DNA of 64,000 nt, taken from positions 94,570 to 158,569 of the forward strand of contig JAFCCC010000002.1 of NCBI GenBank assembly GCA_017610385.1, in the 5' to 3' direction. The position numbers were made by a program, and so were the translations under genes. This DNA comes from Candidatus Nanohalarchaeota archaeon. Its GTDB lineage: Archaea; Nanohalarchaeota; Nanosalinia; Nanosalinales; JAFCCC01. The number at the start of each line of letters is the position of its first letter. Within the stretch, counting starts at the first letter, position 1. Shown piece after piece: positions 8,966-17,043 of this stretch. A model generated the notes under the pieces. That model saw only the letters and a program-made list of their open reading frames with translations. It made no database searches and had not been told where the DNA came from.

Positions 8966-11010
8966 AAACGTATGTGAACAGTAGGTTGTTGGTTTTTTTA
9001 ATAATACTAGTTGCTATCTTCGTTGTAAAAACTCCTTTTTCAGTTGCTAATGCTTGCGCTCCAGAACATGATTATAAAGCGTGTTCTTCTGGTGATCTCT
9101 ATTGGTATGATGCATGCGGGATCAGAAATGATCTCGCGGAATCTTGTGGTAGTGATTCGTGTGGTTCTTGGGGTTCAAATTATTGTAAATACGGAGATGT
9201 TTATCACAAAAGAACTTGTTATGATCGCGGATGTAGTAGTGGATCCTGCTATAGTAATTCTTACACGGACGAAGATTTGGTAGAAGAATGTTATTCGAGT
9301 GAAGCTTGCATAGATGGAAAGTGTTATGTTGGGTCTGAATTCAGTTTTGTAGTAACTGTTGACGAATCTTACCCGAATTCAGCCATTCCAATTAAAGTGG
9401 CGAGCAATGTTTGGTTGGGTTCCTCTGTTGACTTTGATTTTACATTAAATGATATTGATATTTCGAATAGAGTAGATGATGGCATTTGTACTGTTGAGGG
9501 GGATGAAGGGTGGTATATTTTAAATGTGGGAGATACGTGTGAAACCCGTGTTCCAGACAACATAGTGCCAGGAACCTATGTTTTAAAAGCAGAATGGGAT
9601 TTCTTAGGTCATCATGAAAAAATATTAGATTCTGCTTTTGAGATTAAAGCAGGATATATTTGGTCTACAACAGAAAGCACTCACGGAGGTTATATAGATG
9701 GTAGCGTACTCTACAACAAAGGATTCAGTCAAAATTATGTTTTAGAAGATAATAAATATTTTACTTGCCCAGGAAATTCATTAAATATTCAATTAACAGG
9801 GACCGTCGTGACAGAATGTTCTAATGGTGCTACATCGTCTTCAATTCCTGCATCAATAGCGTGGGTATATGAAGGAGCAACAAAAATAGGGACAAAAAAT
9901 AATAATATGTTTAACGGGTGCTGTAAGATTCATGAGGGAATAACTCGATCTGAAATCTTATTAACTCCAAAAGGATATAGACCAGAAGATTCTGGCTGCT
10001 CTTGTGATCTGGGATGGACTTTTGGTGGTTCAAGTTCTTGGCAAGCCGCCACATTTAACAATAAAGGAAATTATGCGGTTTATTTAGATTATATTGGCGC
10101 GATGTCAGACGCACCAGCAGATTTTATTTGTCCAAAGGGCGGGGCGTATTGTACTACCAACTGGGGACATAAACCTTCAGAATATTATAATTTGGCAAAT
10201 TTGGAAGTTTTAGATGTTTCTGTAATTGATTTAGCAGCAGAGTTAACTGAGAATGTTCTTAACGCCGAATGGAATGGCAGTTTATGGAAATTAAACGCGA
10301 ATTTTGTGGGAGATTCAATTGAGAATACATTTTTAATTGAATATTCTGTTAAAAATGTCGGTATAGGTTCTATAGAACTTACCGGAGGCAATGCACTATG
10401 TTCTGAAGAAATGAATTGTTCTGTGATTACGCCATTACCTTTAGTTGTAAAAGAAGGGGCATCTGCTACAATTTTAGTTAGTACAGATATGCCTATTAAA
10501 ATTGGATTAAAAGAATTAAATTTTACAACGGAATATCAAAACGCGTATGGATTTAGTTGTGAGGTTGGAAAACACATTTCAAAGAACATCCAATTTGAAT
10601 GGAAAGATGATATTCCACCGGTAATTAATTGTGAAACAGAAGATAAAAAGGGGATAACAAGCATTTTATTTAATCCAGACGTATATGATCCAGATCCGTC
10701 TTTTGGGTTTTTAGGCATTGATGTGTGTTTGGATGGAATATGCAAACAGATCGGGTGTTCAAATACCTCTACTATATGTGAAACACCTATTTCTGACTTG
10801 GAACTTGGTTGCATTTATTTGAATAAAGAATACTGGATTAGAGCAACGGACATTATGGGAAATTCAGACATTAAAAAGTGTGGAAATATTGAAATGAAAA
10901 AAGATTTGGATTGTATTTGTTCATACGATTCTGAATGCAATTCAGGATTGTGCGATGGAATTCCGCAAGTGTGTATGGAAAATCCAAAACCAGAAATGTA
11001 CTTTATCTAA
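8962..11010 (+). CDS. secreted Cys-rich giant protein sharing the C-terminal domain of the vWA protein
   Basis: Start placed at the ATG that overlaps the upstream stop (ATGA) and gives a signal peptide (MKTYVNSRLLVFLIILVAIFVV..ANA). Contains an N-terminal CxxGxxYWYDACG Cys-rich module. The C-terminal 136 aa are homologous to 6771-7169. Confidence 0.75.
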   Translation: MKTYVNSRLLVFLIILVAIFVVKTPFSVANACAPEHDYKACSSGDLYWYDACGIRNDLAESCGSDSCGSWGSNYCKYGDVYHKRTCYDRGCSSGSCYSNSYTDEDLVEECYSSEACIDGKCYVGSEFSFVVTVDESYPNSAIPIKVASNVWLGSSVDFDFTLNDIDISNRVDDGICTVEGDEGWYILNVGDTCETRVPDNIVPGTYVLKAEWDFLGHHEKILDSAFEIKAGYIWSTTESTHGGYIDGSVLYNKGFSQNYVLEDNKYFTCPGNSLNIQLTGTVVTECSNGATSSSIPASIAWVYEGATKIGTKNNNMFNGCCKIHEGITRSEILLTPKGYRPEDSGCSCDLGWTFGGSSSWQAATFNNKGNYAVYLDYIGAMSDAPADFICPKGGAYCTTNWGHKPSEYYNLANLEVLDVSVIDLAAELTENVLNAEWNGSLWKLNANFVGDSIENTFLIEYSVKNVGIGSIELTGGNALCSEEMNCSVITPLPLVVKEGASATILVSTDMPIKIGLKELNFTTEYQNAYGFSCEVGKHISKNIQFEWKDDIPPVINCETEDKKGITSILFNPDVYDPDPSFGFLGIDVCLDGICKQIGCSNTSTICETPISDLELGCIYLNKEYWIRATDIMGNSDIKKCGNIEMKKDLDCICSYDSECNSGLCDGIPQVCMENPKPEMYFI

Positions 11011-11129
11011 CGGAGCGTTAAAGTTAGTTTTATAAACTAATAGGGTAATTTAAATTCAGCTCCTTCTAATTAGAGTTTAACTGCTCTTAAATTAAATTTG
11101 ATAAATTAAGTAAATTAAATGTGATAAAA

Positions 11130-12929
11130 ATGAATATTAAAAAAATAGTGCCAGATACAAGCTGCATTATTAATGGAAAATTAAGTCAGTTGATCTGTGA
11201 TGGAAAATTAAAAAGTGTTGAAATTATTATTCCGGAATTTGTTTTTAATGAGCTGGAAAATCAGGCAAATCATGGAAGAGAAACTGGCGATACAGGATTA
11301 GCTGAAATTAAAGAATTAAGGGAATTGGTGGAAAAAAAGAAAAATATTACAATTAGATATAAAGGACGACTTCCAACCATGGAAGAAATTAATTTGGCAA
11401 GATCTGGTAGAATCGACGCCCTAATAAGAAAAATTGCAGAAGAAGAAAAAGCTATTTTATATACTTCTGATAAAGTTCAATTTTTGGTTGCAGAAGCAAA
11501 GGGAATTGAATGTCAATATTTTCAACCAGAACACGAAATTAAGTTTTCTCTAGAAAAATATTTTGATGAAGAAACTATGAGTATTCATTTAAAAACTGAT
11601 TGTATTCCAGTTGCCAAGAAAGGCAAACCAGGCAAAATGAACTTAACGAAGATTAGTAAATCAGAATTAGACAAAGAGTATATAGAGGCATTAATCAAAG
11701 AAACAATTGAAAAGGCAAAAAGTTCTGATCACGGACATATTGAAATGAATAAGAGAGGAGTAACTGTTTTACAAATTGAGGATTTAAGAATTGTTATTAC
11801 CAAACCACCATTTTCAGATGCATCAGAAATAACTGCTGTTCGCCCAGTTAAAAGATTTGATTTAAATTATTATCAGTTATCAGAAAAGCTAATGAGCCGT
11901 TTGGACAAAACAGCAGAGGGAATTTTAATAGCGGGATCGCCAGGACACGGAAAAAGCACATTTGCGCAGGCTTTGGCTGAACATTATCTGAAAAAGAAGA
12001 AAATCGTAAAAACAATGGAGCAGCCCAGAGATTTGCAGGTAAGCAAAGAAATTACACAATATAGTGCCTTGGATAATTATTTTTCTAATACTGCGGACCT
12101 TTTGCTTTTGGTTAGACCAGATTATACTGTTTTTGATGAATTAAGAAAAACAAAGGATTTTGAAGTTTATGCGGATCTGCGTTTATCAGGAGTAGGTATG
12201 ATTGGTGTAGTACATGCTTCGCGGGCATTAGATGCAATTCAAAGGCTAATTGGGCGCTTAGAGTTGGGAGTTATTCCACAAGTGGTTGATACGGTTATTT
12301 TTATTGAGAATGGTGAAATAAAAAAAGTATTCAAAATGTCATTAACAGTCAAGGTTCCAGAAGGAATGACTCAAGCAGATTTGGCTCGTCCAGTTATACT
12401 TGTCAAGGACTTTGAAACTGAGAAAGTAGAGTATGAAATTTATACTTTTGGGGAAGAAACTATGGTTATTCCTGTTTCTGAAACCAAGAAATCAGGAAGA
12501 GATCGATTTGCAATAGACTATTTAGAAGATTACCTATCTAAATACGTGAGAGATCCAGAAGTTGAATTTCTTTCGGAAAATCATGTGAAAGTTTTGGCAG
12601 AAGAAAGTGAAATTCCATATATTATTGGAAAGGGTGGAGCTAAAATTAATAGAATAGAAAAAAAACTTGGTTTACGTATTTCTATTGAACCAAAGTCAAA
12701 TACATTAAAAAAGAAAAAGGCCTACATTTTAGAAGAAGTTGGGAATTCTTTGGTTTTGATTGTTGGCCAAGAACATTCTGGTAAGGTTGCTGATGTGTAC
12801 AATGATAAAGACTTTTTATTTTCAGCTACAATTGGAAAGAATGGCCAGATTAGAATAACAAAGGATTTTGAGCTTTCAAGAAGGGTTTTAGGGGCGTATT
12901 CAGCTCAGAGATTGAATATTTATTTCTAA
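11130..12929 (+). CDS. PIN domain - PilT-like ATPase - KH domain protein (archaeal COG1855-type)
   Basis: Contains an N-terminal PIN-like VPDTSCIINGKL, Walker A GSPGHGKST, and a C-terminal KH motif IIGKGGAKINRIEKKLG. ATG at 11130 preferred over GTG at 11121. Confidence 0.75.
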   Translation: MNIKKIVPDTSCIINGKLSQLICDGKLKSVEIIIPEFVFNELENQANHGRETGDTGLAEIKELRELVEKKKNITIRYKGRLPTMEEINLARSGRIDALIRKIAEEEKAILYTSDKVQFLVAEAKGIECQYFQPEHEIKFSLEKYFDEETMSIHLKTDCIPVAKKGKPGKMNLTKISKSELDKEYIEALIKETIEKAKSSDHGHIEMNKRGVTVLQIEDLRIVITKPPFSDASEITAVRPVKRFDLNYYQLSEKLMSRLDKTAEGILIAGSPGHGKSTFAQALAEHYLKKKKIVKTMEQPRDLQVSKEITQYSALDNYFSNTADLLLLVRPDYTVFDELRKTKDFEVYADLRLSGVGMIGVVHASRALDAIQRLIGRLELGVIPQVVDTVIFIENGEIKKVFKMSLTVKVPEGMTQADLARPVILVKDFETEKVEYEIYTFGEETMVIPVSETKKSGRDRFAIDYLEDYLSKYVRDPEVEFLSENHVKVLAEESEIPYIIGKGGAKINRIEKKLGLRISIEPKSNTLKKKKAYILEEVGNSLVLIVGQEHSGKVADVYNDKDFLFSATIGKNGQIRITKDFELSRRVLGAYSAQRLNIYF

Positions 12930-13537
12930 ATGTTTCGCGCTTGAAATTCACAATATTCATCGCCTTTGGCCGAGCATTTTGTTTCTATTACATTCCAATA
13001 TGTGTTTGTATAATCTTCTAAAATTCCTTGAAAAAAACCACTCATGAAGTAACAAATAGTTCTATTTTGCCTTATGTTTTTTGAAAAAATATTGTCTATA
13101 AGCACAAAATCTATGGAAGACTGATCAAACTTCTTGATTCGTATTTTTCCTGCGTTCCATTTTTCAATCAGATTATTAATCTCTAAAATATACCTTCTAA
13201 AATCTATTTCTTGAACGGTCTTTCCTATTTGTAATCCCAAATTTTTTCCAGCACTATGCAGAACAGTTTTGCCTGCAAATGTATCTAAAACATCTAAATT
13301 TAATTTAGAAAGTGCCTTTGAGTTGACTAACAACTCTTTGTTTTTTTCTAAATCAAAGGTCATTTGATCAATCAAAACAGAGCGCATTTTGTTAAAAACT
13401 TCTTTTTTAATTGGAAATGTGTGATCTGAAAGAGATGTTGTGTTATAAACATATTGAGCAAATTTTTTTGGTGCTATTTCTAAAATAGAATATTCAAAGG
13501 CCTGTCTGAAAAGCAAATTTACGTCAGTCATTTCCAT
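12926..13537 (-). CDS. V4R-domain protein
   Basis: C-terminal CYFMSGFFQGILE...ETKCSAKGDEYCEF matches the V4R (4-vinyl reductase) Cys pattern. Confidence 0.5.
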   Translation of the reverse strand: MEMTDVNLLFRQAFEYSILEIAPKKFAQYVYNTTSLSDHTFPIKKEVFNKMRSVLIDQMTFDLEKNKELLVNSKALSKLNLDVLDTFAGKTVLHSAGKNLGLQIGKTVQEIDFRRYILEINNLIEKWNAGKIRIKKFDQSSIDFVLIDNIFSKNIRQNRTICYFMSGFFQGILEDYTNTYWNVIETKCSAKGDEYCEFQARNI

Positions 13538-13568
13538 TTAAAGTTGAATTTGATAGAATAAAAGGTTG

Positions 13569-14144
13569 TTATTCTGCTTCGGGGATTCTCTGAATGTATT
13601 GGTAAATTTGATACCAAGAGGTTGCTACAGTAATTCCATCTGGAGCTTCCATAGTTTGAAGGGGAAACCTGCATAACCAAATTAATTCATGGGTTGTTAG
13701 AGTTTCAAGTTTTCTTAATTCATCATCAATATAAACATCTAGTTGAGCGCAAGCCTCTTGTTTTGGTCTGCCCTTACCAACGCCAATAATTGGAATATCT
13801 AATCCCTTTTGTTTAAGCCATTCCTCTGCAAGAGGTATGGATTTTTCCCAATGAGAAGTAATGATACTTAAGTCATGGCCATCTTCTTGTAACTTTCTTA
13901 CTACATCTAATGCACCGGCTACAGGATTCATACGATCTGTTCCAAAGGTTTTTGTATTATATACTAAAGCCAAAATCATCTCATACTGTTCTGCACTTAG
14001 TACCGTCTCTCGAAGAACATATTCTCTATGAAAGTAAATGGGATCAACAGTAATCTTAAATCCACTTGAAGCGATTGCAGATTTTAAGCTAACACTATCT
14101 GCAAGTGTATCCCCATAATCTATACCAATACGTAATTTAGGCAT
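13569..14144 (-). CDS. HAD-superfamily phosphatase-like protein (5'(3')-deoxyribonucleotidase-like, tentative)
   Basis: Motifs IGIDYGDTLAD, IITSH, KGRPK and YIDDE are spaced as in HAD/NT5C proteins. The first motif is non-canonical. Confidence 0.4.
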   Translation of the reverse strand: MPKLRIGIDYGDTLADSVSLKSAIASSGFKITVDPIYFHREYVLRETVLSAEQYEMILALVYNTKTFGTDRMNPVAGALDVVRKLQEDGHDLSIITSHWEKSIPLAEEWLKQKGLDIPIIGVGKGRPKQEACAQLDVYIDDELRKLETLTTHELIWLCRFPLQTMEAPDGITVATSWYQIYQYIQRIPEAE

Positions 14145-14244
14145 AAAACAAACTTGTTTAAAAATTATTTAAGAAGCTGTGTTGGGTTTGTAGTGCATCA
14201 TCACGAGAGATAGATTTAAATATTATAACCTGCTATAGACCGCT

Positions 14245-14463
14245 ATGGCAACTACAATTCAGATTAGTGAAGAATTGAAAAAGGAATTGAAGGACAGAAA
14301 AATGTATGATAAGGAGTGTTATGAGGACATAATTTGGGATTTGATAGAAGATACGATGGAATTATCTGAAGAAACTTTAAGAAACATTAAAATTGCAAAA
14401 AAGGAGATTAAAGACGGAAAAATTCATACACAGGAGCAAGTAAAGAAAGAGTTGGGCTTGTAA
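14245..14463 (+). CDS. antitoxin of a RelBE-like type II TA pair
   Basis: Small acidic protein immediately upstream of a RelE-like gene, with stop/start abutting. Confidence 0.6.
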   Translation: MATTIQISEELKKELKDRKMYDKECYEDIIWDLIEDTMELSEETLRNIKIAKKEIKDGKIHTQEQVKKELGL

Positions 14464-14717
14464 TGCATGTTCTTATTTATTCTGATTTAGTTCTGAAACA
14501 GTTAAAAAAACTAGATGGAGAAAACAAGAAAAGAATTATTTCTGTTCTAGAGCGAACACGAATTCGACCGCATTTACATATTAAAAAACTAATAGGAAAT
14601 CCCTATTTTAGTCTGAGGGCCGGCAAGTACCGAATTATTCTTGATGTACAAAAAGATAACCTTGTAATTTACGTTATTGGACTGGGACTTAGAAAGAAAT
14701 TTATAAAAAGTAACTGA
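14463..14717 (+). CDS. relE: RelE/ParE-family toxin
   Basis: 84 aa carrying the RelE/StbE pattern LKKLD..KKRI...L...P...KKL.G...FSLRAGKYRIILDV..DNLVIYVIGLGLRKK. Confidence 0.7.
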   Translation: MHVLIYSDLVLKQLKKLDGENKKRIISVLERTRIRPHLHIKKLIGNPYFSLRAGKYRIILDVQKDNLVIYVIGLGLRKKFIKSN

Positions 14718-14781
14718 GCGGAACAGAACTATGCATAGATTTAAAAACTTTTGAAAGGTTTAATTAATTTAGGTTATTAAA

Positions 14782-15024
14782 ATGGTAACGTTCGAAACTG
14801 TAAAGAGCGAAGAATTAAAGTTTGGGAACAATAACTTCATCGAAGTTGCTTTGAAGAAAGCAGTCACAGAGGAAGGCGAAAATCAATTTATCTCCTTGAC
14901 AAGAGGTTTCTTTACACCTAATGGAAATAAAAGGTTTAAGAGGAATTTTTCCTTGCCAATAGAAAAAGAAGTTCTTGATTTTATTGTCAAACAAATTCCC
15001 AAAATGGTCAAAGCAAAGAAATGA
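14782..15024 (+). CDS. hypothetical small protein (pattern loosely reminiscent of PC4/YdbC-like ssDNA-binding fold)
   Basis: 80 aa. The FGNNNFIEV...FISLTRGFF..NGNKRFKRNFSLP layout resembles PC4-like proteins. This is a weak call. Confidence 0.3.
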   Translation: MVTFETVKSEELKFGNNNFIEVALKKAVTEEGENQFISLTRGFFTPNGNKRFKRNFSLPIEKEVLDFIVKQIPKMVKAKK

Positions 15025-15136
15025 GCTAAGGACTAATTGAAATTTTTTTAATTTCCTTTTTTCTCTTATTTTTTCGGAAAGTACAGTTTCTAGTGGTTAT
15101 ATCTTTATATACTGCTACTACCTAATAGGAATTACT

Positions 15137-15829
15137 ATGTTAAATTATAGGCGGAAACTTTCAATATCTGAAAAAACATTCTTAAAAAGCAGGGTAGACA
15201 AAATATTAGAGTTTTTACCGAAGGAATTGGGAGCTACAAGTTCTGCGTGGGATCGTTGGAGTAAGGTTTATGGAGAATCTGTTCGTAGTAGTTTAGAAGG
15301 ATTACAGCCTATTACAGCACTTAATGGAGAGGATATTAAATTACTTGGTCCTGCATACGTTTTTGGCCAGACTGCGCCATACTATGGAACCACATTCCAA
15401 AGAGGCGGTGTTTTAGATGGTACAACTTTTAATATATCAGAAAAAGATGAGATATTAAAGAGTATAACTCCTTCTACTACGTATTCTGCTATGCTAACAC
15501 TAGTCAATCATTTATTAGGTGATTCGCAATATTTGAAAGACGTCTTAGGATCAACAGAGTTTAATCCGAAGAGAGATTTACTTTTTGATCCAGAAACAGG
15601 TTTCGTACAAATTGACGGACAATTACCAATACCAGACATATCCCTAGAAAACCTTACACAAGCATATGCAAAAGAAATAGTAGAATCAACTTATGATGCA
15701 CTATTAACTGGTGCTGCACATATTGGAAGTAGAAGTGGTGCATTAGATGCTACATTTAATACAGGACTACCTGGGAAACTCATTGATAAAAAGGTAAAGG
15801 CTATGGAATCAAGGATTTTTAAATTTTAA
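15137..15829 (+). CDS. hypothetical protein
   Basis: 230-aa ORF with protein-like composition; no motif recognised. Confidence 0.5.
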   Translation: MLNYRRKLSISEKTFLKSRVDKILEFLPKELGATSSAWDRWSKVYGESVRSSLEGLQPITALNGEDIKLLGPAYVFGQTAPYYGTTFQRGGVLDGTTFNISEKDEILKSITPSTTYSAMLTLVNHLLGDSQYLKDVLGSTEFNPKRDLLFDPETGFVQIDGQLPIPDISLENLTQAYAKEIVESTYDALLTGAAHIGSRSGALDATFNTGLPGKLIDKKVKAMESRIFKF

Positions 15830-16140
15830 TCTTCTATTTTACTTTTTTCTTTTCGAACAATTGCCTCTAATTTGTTAAGTCCTTCATCTATGGCGTCTAA
15901 TAAATCCCATTTTTCTACTTTTATTGTGTTCATACCGTATTCGCTCTCTAATTTAAATTCTAATTCGTATAAATGACGAATACCTTCTTTTTCATGTTTT
16001 TTATAGCGAACTTGTAATCTTTGGGGATTCTTTAAAATTCGTAGAGGGCCTCTTAAAGCCGTTGTAACTTTATCCCGAATCGATTCTTTTTCTTCGGGAG
16101 TTTTTACTCCAATTATATCAACTTGAAAAATATCTGTCAT
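15826..16140 (-). CDS. ribosome hibernation factor-like (HPF/YfiA, S30AE family-like) protein
   Basis: 104 aa. The layout V.I.G......IR..V...L......L.V....HEKEG..H..E..L....G......VEKWDLLDAIDEGLNKLEAIVRKEKSK parallels E. coli HPF (..DMYAAIDGLIDKLARQLTKHKDK). Confidence 0.5.
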   Translation of the reverse strand: MTDIFQVDIIGVKTPEEKESIRDKVTTALRGPLRILKNPQRLQVRYKKHEKEGIRHLYELEFKLESEYGMNTIKVEKWDLLDAIDEGLNKLEAIVRKEKSKIED

Positions 16141-16250
16141 TTTTGTTTATTGAATTTTTCGAATTATATACCTAAGTTATTGCAAAGATTTTTTGGTGGT
16201 ATGAAGTAACTTAACCAAATGAATTTAAAATTTAGTGAGAAGTTAAAATT

Positions 16251-16745
16251 ATGACCTTATATCCAGTTGCAGAAAAACCATCTTTAATAGATCGTTGTAG
16301 AGGATTAGTGGGTTTACATATATTTCAAGAGCGTATGCCAATTACAGACGCAGAAAAAGGGGAGTTTGTGCAGTATCAATCTTCGTTTATGCCTTATGTT
16401 AGTAAAATCTGGACTCCTGCAGGAGGACTCTTAGTGTGGGATTTGGGTGCAATTGACCCAGAACTGTCTTCTGAAACAGATCCTCGGGTTTATGGATTGA
16501 TTTTAAATGGAATCTCTCATATCGTCGCAGAGTTACCTAGAAATTATTTTACTACATATACCGGGGCTGCTAATGCAAGAACTTTGTCTTTTGATGAGAG
16601 ATTATTTGCTTTTGGAAATGAGAGAGCAGAAGATGTTTTAGAAAAGTTAGCTAAAAACCTTAAAATTCCCGAAATAGAATACTATCAAGAATTAATAAGA
16701 CCCCACGTAAAAGGAGCAATATTAAAAGAACTATTACACCTCTAA
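16251..16745 (+). CDS. hypothetical protein
   Basis: 164-aa ORF; no motif recognised. Confidence 0.5.
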   Translation: MTLYPVAEKPSLIDRCRGLVGLHIFQERMPITDAEKGEFVQYQSSFMPYVSKIWTPAGGLLVWDLGAIDPELSSETDPRVYGLILNGISHIVAELPRNYFTTYTGAANARTLSFDERLFAFGNERAEDVLEKLAKNLKIPEIEYYQELIRPHVKGAILKELLHL

Positions 16746-16750
16746 GAGAG

Positions 16751-16894
16751 TTACTGATCTTCTTGTAAATCCATTACTAGTCTTCGTGTTGCGTCTCTAA
16801 TTATTTCACTTCGATTAGAATAGTAACCAGTATTAATCAATGTATCTAGTCTTTCTAAGATGGATTTTGTTAATCTTACTTGAACCGGAATCAT
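16751..16894 (-). CDS. ribbon-helix-helix (CopG/NikR-N-like) small DNA-binding protein
   Basis: 47-aa ORF below the track cutoff: MIPVQVRLTKSILERLDTLINTGYYSNRSEIIRDATRRLVMDLQEDQ. It has the typical RHH beta-strand and two-helix pattern. It is divergent from iorA. Confidence 0.55.
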   Translation of the reverse strand: MIPVQVRLTKSILERLDTLINTGYYSNRSEIIRDATRRLVMDLQEDQ

Positions 16895-17043
16895 AAGTTA
16901 TTACTACACGGTAACTTTTTTAAAGTTATCATTAAGAAGTAGTTGATAAATACTACAACTGATTGCCAACGGCGATATATTGGTAGTGTTTATGAAATTT
17001 TCCGAAGATTATATATACTGAACAAAGTTAATTAATTTCTGAA

